Below, one piece after another: positions 10,131-20,149 of a DNA stretch of 64,000 bases (position 1 is the stretch's first letter; each line of letters starts with the position of its first letter). Made by a program: the position numbers and the translations under genes. The notes under the pieces are model-generated. The model had not been told where the DNA came from. It searched no databases and saw only the letters and a list, made by a program, of their open reading frames with translations. The stretch is from an uncultured Verrucomicrobiota bacterium (GTDB lineage Bacteria > Verrucomicrobiota > Verrucomicrobiia > Limisphaerales > AAA164-E04): assembly GCA_964415055.1 (NCBI GenBank), contig CAYPZD010000008.1, positions 12,838 through 76,837 on the forward strand. The letters run 5' to 3'.

Positions 10131-11012
10131 ATGAGTTTTGGGCGGAATCCAAACCCAATATCCAAGGGCGTCTCAAAAAAATCCAATCGCGTGTGGTGGA
10201 TTGCCAAATTACTTTGTGCGCTGGGACTGCTCTACTTTGGCTTGCGTTGGTTTGAATGGAAGCAAACCTATCAGCCAAGTCGGCGTCTGGTTTCTTCCAT
10301 CGATGAGATCTCACCGGATGGAGTGGATTTCCAGGTCTTGTCCGGCGGGCGATACCTCCTGCAGACATGGTTTCTTCCGGCCATTCCTGAAGCAGCATAC
10401 AAGGATTGGTTGCTGATCCTTGCGCATGGAAATGCCGGTAATATCAGTCACCGCCAATCACTTTACCAGACCTGGCTTCATTTGGGATTCAATGTCCTGA
10501 CCTTCGATTACCGGGGCTATGGGGAAAGTGAGGGAAGACCATCCGAAGCCGGAACCTATGAAGATTTGAGAGCGGTCGTTGCCTGGGCATTAAAAAACGG
10601 CTATTCGAGCGACCGTATTCTTCTACTCGGAAAATCCCTGGGAGGTGGAGTGGCCTCCGAGGTCGCCAAAGATGGAAACACTGCCGGTTTGATCCTTCAT
10701 TCGACCTTTACCAGCATCCCCGATGTGGGGGCTGAATTATTCCCATTCCTACCAGTTCGCCTGGTTTCCACCATTCAGCATGACACCCATTCCAAATTAC
10801 GAGAACTGCATCAGCCCGTAATGATCCTTCACAGCCCTGAAGATTCCCTGATTCAATTCCACCATGCCGAACGCAATTATGAAGCAGCCCGATCACCGAA
10901 ATGGCTGTGTGAAATATCGGGCGACCACAACGACGCGGAGTGGGAACGCGTGAGATCGCTCGAACCCGCCATCAAAACATTCATGGAACACCTGAAATCA
11001 CCCCAACCATAG
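10131..11012 (+). CDS. membrane-anchored alpha/beta hydrolase
   Basis: N-terminal TM (WWIAKLLCALGLLYFGL), HGNAGN oxyanion block, nucleophile elbow GKSLGG, and a C-terminal GDHND His block. Confidence 0.75.
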   Translation: MSFGRNPNPISKGVSKKSNRVWWIAKLLCALGLLYFGLRWFEWKQTYQPSRRLVSSIDEISPDGVDFQVLSGGRYLLQTWFLPAIPEAAYKDWLLILAHGNAGNISHRQSLYQTWLHLGFNVLTFDYRGYGESEGRPSEAGTYEDLRAVVAWALKNGYSSDRILLLGKSLGGGVASEVAKDGNTAGLILHSTFTSIPDVGAELFPFLPVRLVSTIQHDTHSKLRELHQPVMILHSPEDSLIQFHHAERNYEAARSPKWLCEISGDHNDAEWERVRSLEPAIKTFMEHLKSPQP

Positions 11013-11076
11013 TGACTTTGTTCAATACATCCGTATTAAACTGGACTCCAGCCCATCACTTGCCTATCCCTTCCCT

Positions 11077-12378
11077 ATGACGAAGATCGCCGCTGCCGGA
11101 AAACAAAGTATCGACCATCTGTCTGAATTGGCCCAGCGCATCGAAGCGCCGCCCATTTCATGGTTGATGGATCAGAAGCTGAAATACCCGGATTTGATTT
11201 CCCTTGCTGCGGGATTTACCGATGGGCCTTCGCTGCCAGCAGCCGAAGTGCAGAAGATTTTCAAGACCATCACGCGCACCAAGAAACGCAGCATGGAGAT
11301 ACTCCAATATGGAGTCGGAGCCGGACGTGACATTTTGAGAAAACTGACGGCATCCAATACCGCATTGTTGGATGGTCAAGATGAACACCATCCTGCTTAC
11401 CGGTCAGATCGTGTCCTCATCACCCATGGGAGCCAGCAGTTTCTCTACCTCCTCAGTGAAGCACTTTTCGATAAAGAAGATATCGTGCTCCTGGAGGCAC
11501 CCACTTACTTCGTTTACCTCGGTATGTTGCAGAGTTTTGGTGTTCAGAGCAGAAGCATTCCGATGGAACCGGATGGATTGAACATCAAGCTCCTCAAGGA
11601 AACTCTCGAAACATTGAAACGAACAGGCCAACTGTCTCGAGTCAAATTGCTTTACCTTGTATCGTATTTCCAGAACCCGACGGGTTACTCCACATCGCAC
11701 GCAAAAAAGAAAGCGATTCTTAAACTGGTGCGATCCTACGAAAAAGATGCGGGGCACCCCATCTACATCCTTGAAGATGCAGCGTATCGGGAACTCAAAT
11801 TTCCAAATACTCCTGAACAGCCTTCCATGCTGACCCTGCCGCGCGCACGCGATCGGGTGATCTATTCAGGCACCTACAGCAAACCGTTTGCCACGGGGAT
11901 TCGAGTCGGCTATGGCTTTTTACCGGAACCCCTTCGAACCATCCTTCTCCGTATCAAGGGAAACCATGATTTCGGCACGGCCAATCTTTTGCAGGCGGTT
12001 GTTGAAGAAGCGCTTATTTCAGGACTTTACGCCAGCCACCTGAAGCAGCTCCAAGCCCAATACCACAAGAAAGCAGAGTGGATGTGTCAAAGTATTGAAA
12101 AATATTTTTCCGACAGCATAACCTGGAACCGACCCTCCGGAGGGCTCTACGTCTGGGCCAATGCACCTGATCATGTTTCCACGGGCCCTGGCAGCAAATT
12201 GTTCAAAGCATGCCTGAAGGAACGGGTCATGTATGTGCCTGGGAGTTACACTTACGGGGAAGATCTTCAGCCCAACAAACCCGATCACGCCATGCGGATC
12301 AGCTATGGCAACGCAACCCTGAGTGAAATTCAACAGGGCATCAAACGCCTGGGAACAGCCTTGCGTGCTTCTGAATAG
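11077..12378 (+). CDS. class I/II PLP-dependent aminotransferase
   Basis: 433-aa ORF with the blocks LISLAAGFTD, YFQNPTG and the PLP-lysine block SGTYSKPFATGIRVGY. Confidence 0.75.
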   Translation: MTKIAAAGKQSIDHLSELAQRIEAPPISWLMDQKLKYPDLISLAAGFTDGPSLPAAEVQKIFKTITRTKKRSMEILQYGVGAGRDILRKLTASNTALLDGQDEHHPAYRSDRVLITHGSQQFLYLLSEALFDKEDIVLLEAPTYFVYLGMLQSFGVQSRSIPMEPDGLNIKLLKETLETLKRTGQLSRVKLLYLVSYFQNPTGYSTSHAKKKAILKLVRSYEKDAGHPIYILEDAAYRELKFPNTPEQPSMLTLPRARDRVIYSGTYSKPFATGIRVGYGFLPEPLRTILLRIKGNHDFGTANLLQAVVEEALISGLYASHLKQLQAQYHKKAEWMCQSIEKYFSDSITWNRPSGGLYVWANAPDHVSTGPGSKLFKACLKERVMYVPGSYTYGEDLQPNKPDHAMRISYGNATLSEIQQGIKRLGTALRASE

Positions 12379-12414
12379 CATCAGGAGCTCACAACCGGAT
12401 TCCATGTCAGGCTC

Positions 12415-13104
12415 TTACCAGCCAAAGGATTTTGGTTGTGCTTTGATCACCTGTGCGGCGTTGCCTTTGTGAACAACAAGAGGTTCGCCTGTTTCGGCGT
12501 CCTTGATCACCACCGCGAGGATTTTACCGTTCTCAAACTGGGCGATGACGTCCGAACTTCGTCCCAGCAAGCGGAAATCCGGTAGTAGCAACGCAAAGGA
12601 AGTGGGATCGGATTCCTTCCAAATGGTCTGTTTTTGAATCCCCTTCGGTAAACCAATCAAACTCACCACAACCTGGTGATCGGAATGAGCTTCAGCCAGA
12701 CTTTGAAACGATGCCGCTTCCACGATAAAACTCAGCGGGGTTTTGGATCTCGGCGGAATGAAGACCGAATTGGGATCATTCAGGTAGTCATCGCTGAGTT
12801 CAGGATAAACCTTGCTCACCTTGGCCGTCTCCCCAAGCCCCGCCAGGAGTCCTTCATGCCCCATGGTATCATGATCCTGAATCTTGTCGCTTGCATCAGG
12901 ACGCTGCACGAATGGATTCCCCATCAGAAGGACATTGATCCCCGGCTTTTCCTGCTGGATGTAATCCCCCAGAAGGCGCATGGACTCAAAGCGAGTATCC
13001 AAATGTATGGAATAGGAGCTGGTGGGGCGCCACAAAATGAGTAAGACGATGCCTGCCACCGCGATCGCTCCGATCGCAATGGCATTCGACTTGGATAATT
13101 TCAC
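12415..13104 (-). CDS. hypothetical membrane-anchored periplasmic protein
   Basis: 229-aa ORF with a single N-terminal TM ([18 protein letters not shown]). Its start overlaps the pseudopilin stop by 4 nt. I recognised no family. Confidence 0.5.
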   Translation of the reverse strand: MKLSKSNAIAIGAIAVAGIVLLILWRPTSSYSIHLDTRFESMRLLGDYIQQEKPGINVLLMGNPFVQRPDASDKIQDHDTMGHEGLLAGLGETAKVSKVYPELSDDYLNDPNSVFIPPRSKTPLSFIVEAASFQSLAEAHSDHQVVVSLIGLPKGIQKQTIWKESDPTSFALLLPDFRLLGRSSDVIAQFENGKILAVVIKDAETGEPLVVHKGNAAQVIKAQPKSFGW

Positions 13105-13829
13105 GGGAAGTAGCTTTCCTCATCGTCTTCCCCGAACAAGGCTTCGTAACCGAGTTCCTCAAGACGAGAACGATTCATCGCTTCTGTGTGACCATCGAAA
13201 AACCAACCATTGGCCGCATTGTTGTGGCGGGCGTGAATTTCGGTGGCTGTTGCCTGGGTGAAGGTGTGAAACTGCTCGGCTCCGATTCCAAGACGTCCAC
13301 GGCTGCTGGTATCCGCAATATGAACGTAATCGGATGGTTGACGAATGTTGTCAACTTTCAGAAAATTCTTGAACTCACCGGTGGTGAATTCCTCTGGAGG
13401 ATCAATTCGGATACCATATGTCCGAAACCAGTTCGTAAAGAATCTTGGTTTGTACGATGGACAAAGGAACAATTCTTCTGTTCCCAGGTTTTGATTGGAA
13501 AACAGGATGGATCCCCAGGTAAAACTGGGGTTCAGGGGATCATGCAACTGGATCTTACCGTCGTTGTCTTCGGCATACATGATGGTCGCCAGCCCCAGCT
13601 GCCTGAGATTGTTCAGGCACTTGATTTGTCGAGCCTTTTCCTTGGCCTTTGAAAGTGCCGGCAACAGCATGCCCGCCAGAATGGCAATGATGGCGATGAC
13701 CACCAACAGTTCGATCAGGGTAAACGCAAACGCGCGGCGCTGTTTTACCCTGTCACTAAGCCTTCTCATCATGGTTGAAGCAGTCAACATTTGATGTGGA
13801 AAGATGAATGCGAGGGCATTCTGTGTCAA
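13101..13829 (-). CDS. prepilin-type N-terminal cleavage/methylation domain protein (H-X9-DG pseudopilin family)
   Basis: Class III signal [24 protein letters not shown] and a C-terminal H-X9-DG block ([13 protein letters not shown]). The true start may be the internal MMRRL at about 13772. Confidence 0.8.
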   Translation of the reverse strand: MTQNALAFIFPHQMLTASTMMRRLSDRVKQRRAFAFTLIELLVVIAIIAILAGMLLPALSKAKEKARQIKCLNNLRQLGLATIMYAEDNDGKIQLHDPLNPSFTWGSILFSNQNLGTEELFLCPSYKPRFFTNWFRTYGIRIDPPEEFTTGEFKNFLKVDNIRQPSDYVHIADTSSRGRLGIGAEQFHTFTQATATEIHARHNNAANGWFFDGHTEAMNRSRLEELGYEALFGEDDEESYFP

Positions 13830-13979
13830 TAAGATTCTGGAACACGATGCCGTCCAACATGTTTAACATTGGCATGTTCATTTACGACTGACTTGGACCT
13901 GAAAATCAGACTCCGTTGAACAAGTAAGCACAGCCTCGGCTTGACGAATGGCTCAAAACTGGGAAATCTCCCTGTCTCA

Positions 13980-15368
13980 ATGTTTTTTAATTCCGAGACA
14001 TTTCTATGGTTCCTGCTGGCTTTCACACTGCTGTACTATTTGGTGAGAAAAAACCTGTCGCAGCGCAACCTGTTGATCCTTGGTGCGAGCTATCTGTTTT
14101 ATGGTTGGTGGGACTGGCGGTTTCTCTTCCTGCTGCTTGGTTCCAGCCTGGTGGATTATTATATCGGACTGCGCGTCAAGGAGACAAAAGATCCCGGATC
14201 TCGAAAGAAGCTGGTGGCGATCAGTTTACTCGTCAATTTGGGGGCACTCGGAATTTTCAAATACCTGGACTTCTTCATAGGCTCCTTTCAAACCGTTCTC
14301 CAGACGGTTGGAGTCCAGACAAATCTTCCACTGCTTGAGGTCATATTGCCCGTCGGCATCTCCTTCTATACTTTCCAGAGCCTAAGCTACACCTTGGACG
14401 TCTATCGCAACAAAGTGGAACCCACCAAGGATATCGTCGCCTTCCTGGCCTATGTTTCCTTTTTCCCTCAGTTGGTCGCGGGTCCCATTGAACGTGCCAG
14501 CAACTTGCTTCCCCAGTTCTTGTCGGAACGTAAGGTCACTAAAATGGGTTTCGAATCCGGTCTCTGGCTGGTGATTTGGGGGATGTTCAAGAAGGTTGTG
14601 TTGGCAGATAATTTTGGTCTGTTGTCGGATATGATCTACGGTCCGCATGCTGTCGATGGAGCCATCGTCGTTTTGGCAACCATCGCATTCGGGATGCAGA
14701 TCTACTGTGACTTTTCCGGTTACTCGGATATCGCCCGCGGACTGGCCTCCATGATGGGATTCCACCTCATGGTCAACTTCAACCTCCCCTACTTTGCCAC
14801 TTCTCCCAGTGATTTCTGGCGTCGCTGGCATATCAGTCTGTCCACCTGGTTCAGAGATTATTTATACATTCCGCTGGGAGGCAACCGTGGGAAGGCGGGC
14901 AGCATCATGCGAAACCTGCTGATCACCATGCTGGTCGCAGGCCTGTGGCATGGGGCCGGATGGAATTTTGTTCTGTGGGGGCTTTGGCACGGTGTCATGT
15001 TATGCCTGTTTCAGGCGACTGCTTTGGACAAGAAAATCCCCTCATTTGTGGGGTGGTTTCTGACCATGGTGGTGGTCTTTTATGGTTGGTTGATGTTCAG
15101 GGCACAGTCTCTAGACCACATATTCCAACTCACCTCCAATATCTTTGTTCTCAACTTTCCGGTCTGGATCGGTAGTTATGTCTTGAACCTTGCGGTTTTC
15201 ACGTTGCCGTTGCTGGCCATGCAGATCTGGCAATATCGCACGCAAACCATTTATCCCATGCTCCCTCACCGCACATGGCTGAAGGCAGGATTGATGTCGG
15301 TTTGCATTTTTCTCATTACGGTATTTTGGAATCCGGCAGGAAGTCCGTTCATTTATTTCCAATTCTAA
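13980..15368 (+). CDS. MBOAT family O-acyltransferase (AlgI/DltB/PatA-like)
   Basis: Multi-TM protein starting MFFNSETFLWF, with the MBOAT His block LVAGLWHGAGWNFVLWGLWHG and FWRRWHISLSTWFRDYLYIPLGG. Confidence 0.85.
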   Translation: MFFNSETFLWFLLAFTLLYYLVRKNLSQRNLLILGASYLFYGWWDWRFLFLLLGSSLVDYYIGLRVKETKDPGSRKKLVAISLLVNLGALGIFKYLDFFIGSFQTVLQTVGVQTNLPLLEVILPVGISFYTFQSLSYTLDVYRNKVEPTKDIVAFLAYVSFFPQLVAGPIERASNLLPQFLSERKVTKMGFESGLWLVIWGMFKKVVLADNFGLLSDMIYGPHAVDGAIVVLATIAFGMQIYCDFSGYSDIARGLASMMGFHLMVNFNLPYFATSPSDFWRRWHISLSTWFRDYLYIPLGGNRGKAGSIMRNLLITMLVAGLWHGAGWNFVLWGLWHGVMLCLFQATALDKKIPSFVGWFLTMVVVFYGWLMFRAQSLDHIFQLTSNIFVLNFPVWIGSYVLNLAVFTLPLLAMQIWQYRTQTIYPMLPHRTWLKAGLMSVCIFLITVFWNPAGSPFIYFQF

Positions 15369-15382
15369 AACACGATTACCCC

Positions 15383-16354
15383 ATGAACAGTCACCTATAC
15401 GAATTCGATGCAAAATGGATCATCAGGCAGTTCGGCGCTCTGGTCTTGTTCCTGGCGGCCGGAGCCCTTTTGCTGAGAATGTCTGCGTCCATCCTCCCGT
15501 CATCCCGAAACACCTGGGATATGGACCGCACGATCATGGCACATCAAGCGGATGCTTCCGTGGCGGGAAACAACGCAGACGTCCTGCTGATTGGCGATTC
15601 ATCCTGCCTGATGAATATCGATGCTTCGATTGTTTCAGAACAACTGGGAGTTAAAGTCTTGAATCTGGGCACAGTCAGTTTTTTGAACATCGATACGTTT
15701 GGCCAATTGCTTCAACGATATTTCGAATCCTCTTCCAAACGCCCTTCAGCTGTCGTTCTGGTCACACATCCGGATTTCTTGAGACGGTCATCCCCTTCCA
15801 GATCCCATGTGGCCTGGATGGAACACTACCTGGCCGGAAGGGACGATCTTTCACGAAAGCGCACATGGAAGTCTATCGACCAATGGCTGGGGGCGCATAT
15901 CTTTCAGGGAAGAATACTCAAATTTTTACCTCGCCCCTTATCGGTCGAGTTCGGCCATCAATTTGGATTTACCCGAAATCTGGAAACCTACATGCACGAA
16001 CATGGTGGATCGGCGCTCGACCCTAGGACCTTGGACCCCGATAAGTTAACCGGAAGCCGTGAATACCGCATATCCAGCCCAAACAAGAAGGCTGCATCCG
16101 CATTTTCACAATCCATTCCGCAAGACGTGAAACTGTATGTGGCATTTTCACCGCTTCCCGACGGTTTCATGAATCCCAACCTTGCCGAAGATTTGAATCA
16201 AATAAGGACCGAATGGACGTCTGTGTTGAAAGCCGAAAGAGCACTCGACACACTGCCCTTGTCCATGCCCAACGAGCATTTTGCCTCCAAAACCCACCTG
16301 GCCCCTTCGGCTGTAAAATCTTATTCCTCAAAATTTGCGGAATCCCTGAGATAA
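15383..16354 (+). CDS. SGNH/GDSL-like periplasmic partner of the MBOAT acyltransferase (putative)
   Basis: ATG 15383 lies 15 nt after the MBOAT stop. It has an N-terminal TM, a block-I-like LLIGDSSC, and a C-terminal His block (ASKTHL). The family assignment is tentative. Confidence 0.55.
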   Translation: MNSHLYEFDAKWIIRQFGALVLFLAAGALLLRMSASILPSSRNTWDMDRTIMAHQADASVAGNNADVLLIGDSSCLMNIDASIVSEQLGVKVLNLGTVSFLNIDTFGQLLQRYFESSSKRPSAVVLVTHPDFLRRSSPSRSHVAWMEHYLAGRDDLSRKRTWKSIDQWLGAHIFQGRILKFLPRPLSVEFGHQFGFTRNLETYMHEHGGSALDPRTLDPDKLTGSREYRISSPNKKAASAFSQSIPQDVKLYVAFSPLPDGFMNPNLAEDLNQIRTEWTSVLKAERALDTLPLSMPNEHFASKTHLAPSAVKSYSSKFAESLR

Positions 16355-16995
16355 CCTGACTAAGAGCAGGTCCGGTATCCTTGATTATCTCTTGCCAACA
16401 TGCGCTAATACGTACTAAGTTCCTTAGGTAACCTGAATAAGACTAAACGAACGGAAGTGGCCCAAAAGGAGGATTTTGTGGAACCTTTATGGTCTTTAAG
16501 AATTTTAGAGAGCGCTAATGCAATGCGCATGCTGTTGAGCTACCGGCATTTTCAAAATCCATCATTTTGGAAACGTGCTATCCGCAGGCTCGACCGTTTT
16601 ATCGTACCATCCTAAGGATGGGCGAAACACGTGTTGAAGCGGAATTGAACCTGCTACATGATCTGGCATCAGCAGAATCCTTGGAAAATCTGGAAGGGAT
16701 GATCAATGGCGTCTACTTCGCCACCTACCTGAGAACCCTCGGAGTTTTCCGTAAAAAACTAAAACTGCGTCTTTCGGGAACAAGAATCGTTAAAGCGGCT
16801 CGATCTGTTTTTGAGTCCTGACATGACACAGCTTCCGGATCATTGCCGCTCCGGTTCCCTAATAAGCAGCATACCGACTTGTTCAAGGGCACAGGAACAT
16901 GCTTGATCAAAGCCACTTTACCCTTCACGATAAACCAAATATCCATCATGGCGTTGATTGAAAAGAAAGCTCCATGATGAAATGTGCTTTTGATC

Positions 16996-19900
16996 ATGAA
17001 TACCACGCATGTCCTTTTCAAACAGGGTTCGGGTCTGCAGACGATAACCGCCATTTGCGGCATATCCCTGGCGTGCCTTGTTTCCCTGTCTACACAAGCC
17101 GAACAGACAGGTGACGCAATTTCGTTCGCCCGCCAGATCAGGCCCATTTTATCGGACGCATGTTTTCATTGCCATGGCCCCGATGCAAACAAGCGCAAGG
17201 CCGACCTGAGGTTGGACCAAGAATCCTTCGCAAAAAAACAAAGTGATGGAAACTGGATCATCAAGGAAGGCGCCCCTCATGAAAGTGATTTCATCAATCG
17301 GATCTTTGCGACTGATGAAGATGAAATCATGCCTCCCCCAAAGTCAGGAAAATCATTATCCCCTGACGACAAAGCCCTGTTGAAAACCTGGGTGGAACAA
17401 GGAGCTCCCTGGGAAATGCATTGGTCATTTGAACCACTTCACCGTCCGGAGGTGCCGACAGTCAAGGATTCCGACTGGCCGGTCAATCCCATCGATTTCT
17501 TCATCTTATCAAAACTCGAACGGGAAGGCATTCAACCTTCAACCCCGGCAAATCCCAGAACCTTGTCGCGCAGACTCCACCTGGACCTCACCGGTCTCCC
17601 CCCATCTGTGGAGGCATCCAGACGCTTTGCAGAATCCGAAGATCCGTTGGATTTCGAACGGATGGTGGACTCTTTGCTGGCTGACAAAGCTTATGGCGAG
17701 AAACTCAGCACACATTGGCTGGATCTGGTCCGTTATGCGGACACGGTGGGCTACCATGGCGATCAACCCTATTCCGTCTGGCCGTATCGGGATTATGTCA
17801 TTAATGCCTTCAATTCCAACATGCCCTTCGATCGTTTCACGCGGGAACAAATTGCGGGTGATTTATTGCCAAATGCAACGCGCAATCAAAAGGTGGCCTC
17901 AGGATTCAATCGCCTCCACATGATCACCGCCGAGGGTGGTGCTCAGGACAAGGAGTATTTGGCAAAATATGCCGCCGACCGGGTCAGGACGACTGCAGGC
18001 GTCTGGTTGGGAGCCACCATGGGCTGTGCGGAATGCCACAACCACAAATACGACCCCTACACCATGAAGGATTTTTACAGCCTGGCAGCCTTCTTTGGTG
18101 ATTTGAAAGAAAAAGGATTTTACGGCGGATCTGTATGGGAACCCGAAATGCCCCTTCCCTCAAAACCTCAGGAGCAGGAACAGGAACAACTCGCGAGCAT
18201 GGTCGATACACTCGAGAAACAATTGGTCACGTGCACCGATGAACTAGCGCAAGCCCAATCAACTTGGGAAGCTTCACTGAATACTTTGGAATCACAAGGC
18301 CGACTTACCTGGAACCCGATTCAGCCCGACCACATCGAAAGCGAAAACGGAACGGAATGGATTCAACAGGCGGATCTCTCCATTCTGACACGCGGGCCCA
18401 ATCCAGAAAAAGAAGTCTTCACCGTCCAATGGAAACCTGCTCCGGAGCAAACCATCACAGGCATCCGATTGGAAGCCCTGACGCATCCGTCCATGGACAA
18501 AGGTTCGCTTTCACGAGGCGGAGGCAATTTCGTCTTAAGCGAAGCCACTCTTTCGGTCCTGCGGGAGGGGGAGGAAGTCCCGATCAAGATTAAAAATGCC
18601 ACCGCAGACTTTGCTCAAAACAGTTTCGACGCCCGACGCGTTCTTGACGGAAATGAGGAAACCGGATGGGCAGTCGATGGAGCCAGTAAAAAGGAGAACA
18701 GGCGACTGCTGCTAACACTGGATGAGGTCTATCATCCACAATCCTCGGACGCCTTGATCGTTCGCCTGAAACATACATCGAAGCATGAACGACATCTCAT
18801 CGGAAGGTTTCGTCTGACTTCCACGTCGGTCCCCGATCCGACGTTGAGTGAAACAGGACTTCCTGCCGACATTTACCGGATTGTCACCAAATCCATCGAA
18901 GACAGAGCCAAGGAAGAGACCGAGCAACTCACTCAACATTTCCTAAAGCGCACTCCACTGCTGGATGATGCGCGCACTCAGTTGGCTTCCGCGAAAAAAC
19001 GCCTGGAGGCGCTCAAGAATGAAATACCAACCATGCTGGTCTCCATGTCGGTCAAACCTCGCACCATGCGCATCCTTCCCCGGGGAAACTGGATGGATGA
19101 CTCGGGTGATATTGTTCAACCTGCGATTCCTGATTTCCTTGATTCCGAAGGGTTGAACACGAAAGGAAGCCAACTGTCCCGTGTTGATTTGGCAAACTGG
19201 CTTGTCTCTGAAAAAAATCCGCTCACCGCAAGACACTTTGTAAATCACCTGTGGAAACAATATTTCGGATATGGCTTGGCGCGGATCATGGAGGACACCG
19301 GCTCGCAGGGCACGCCTCCCACCCACCCTGAGTTGATCGATTGGTTGGCTTCCGAATTTATCCAAAGCGGTTGGGACATCAAGCACATCGTCCGTCTGAT
19401 GGTCACTTCGCAAACCTACCGTCAGGCATCAACACCCAGCGACTGGCTCATGGAGCGTGATCCCTACAATCGACTCTACGCCAGACAATCCAGATTTCGT
19501 CTGGATGCTGAAATTATCAGAGATCAGGCGCTGGATGTCTGTGGGCTTTTGATGGACCAGATCGGCGGGCCAAGTGTCAGGCCCTACCAACCCGCTGGCT
19601 ACTATTCTCAACTCAATTTCCCAAAACGCACGTACAAGCATGATACCGGTTCTGCCCAATATAGAAGAGGTTTATACACCCACTGGCAACGAACCTTCCT
19701 GCATCCCATGCTGAAAGCATTCGATGCCCCTACCCGTGAGGAGTGCACCGCCCAACGCCCGCGTTCCAACACCCCACTGCAGTCCCTGAGCCTCCTGAAT
19801 GATCCTTCCTTTGTGGAAGCGGCCCGAACTTATGCCGCAGAAATACTGATACAAGGCCAAGGATCGGATCGGGAACGGATTCGCGAGGCATTTGAAAAAG

Positions 19901-20118
19901 TGACATTGAGGACGCCTTCACACAAGGAACTCCAGATTTTGGAAGATCTCCTTAATGATATGAGAGACGGCTATCGTACGGATCCGGACCGAGGAAAAGA
20001 GCTGATACAGGTTGGATTGAACACAGCAGGAGTGCAATGTCCTCCTGATGAATTGGGCGCGTGGACCGCTGTGACCCGGGCGCTTTTCAATCTTCACGAA
20101 ACCATCACACGGTATTGA
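16996..20118 (+). CDS. PSCyt/PSD protein (planctomycete cytochrome c domain + DUF1549 + DUF1553)
   Basis: About 1040 aa. It has a signal peptide, the heme motif CFHCHGPD (17161-17175), DUF1549-like WLDLVRYADTVGYHGD, CAECHNHKYDP, a central discoidin-like insert (LDGNEETGWAVDG), and DUF1553-like C-terminal blocks. ATG 16996 is preferred over the listed GTG 16984. Confidence 0.85.
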   Translation: MNTTHVLFKQGSGLQTITAICGISLACLVSLSTQAEQTGDAISFARQIRPILSDACFHCHGPDANKRKADLRLDQESFAKKQSDGNWIIKEGAPHESDFINRIFATDEDEIMPPPKSGKSLSPDDKALLKTWVEQGAPWEMHWSFEPLHRPEVPTVKDSDWPVNPIDFFILSKLEREGIQPSTPANPRTLSRRLHLDLTGLPPSVEASRRFAESEDPLDFERMVDSLLADKAYGEKLSTHWLDLVRYADTVGYHGDQPYSVWPYRDYVINAFNSNMPFDRFTREQIAGDLLPNATRNQKVASGFNRLHMITAEGGAQDKEYLAKYAADRVRTTAGVWLGATMGCAECHNHKYDPYTMKDFYSLAAFFGDLKEKGFYGGSVWEPEMPLPSKPQEQEQEQLASMVDTLEKQLVTCTDELAQAQSTWEASLNTLESQGRLTWNPIQPDHIESENGTEWIQQADLSILTRGPNPEKEVFTVQWKPAPEQTITGIRLEALTHPSMDKGSLSRGGGNFVLSEATLSVLREGEEVPIKIKNATADFAQNSFDARRVLDGNEETGWAVDGASKKENRRLLLTLDEVYHPQSSDALIVRLKHTSKHERHLIGRFRLTSTSVPDPTLSETGLPADIYRIVTKSIEDRAKEETEQLTQHFLKRTPLLDDARTQLASAKKRLEALKNEIPTMLVSMSVKPRTMRILPRGNWMDDSGDIVQPAIPDFLDSEGLNTKGSQLSRVDLANWLVSEKNPLTARHFVNHLWKQYFGYGLARIMEDTGSQGTPPTHPELIDWLASEFIQSGWDIKHIVRLMVTSQTYRQASTPSDWLMERDPYNRLYARQSRFRLDAEIIRDQALDVCGLLMDQIGGPSVRPYQPAGYYSQLNFPKRTYKHDTGSAQYRRGLYTHWQRTFLHPMLKAFDAPTREECTAQRPRSNTPLQSLSLLNDPSFVEAARTYAAEILIQGQGSDRERIREAFEKVTLRTPSHKELQILEDLLNDMRDGYRTDPDRGKELIQVGLNTAGVQCPPDELGAWTAVTRALFNLHETITRY

Positions 20119-20149
20119 TTCAATAATTTCCCATTCACTTACAAAACCT

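Noticed and set aside
16366-16380. GCAGGTCCGG string reminiscent of the SRP RNA (4.5S) conserved helix.
   Set aside because: The following GAAGGAAGCAGC-type sequence and the complementary strand of helix 8 are absent, so it is not an SRP RNA.
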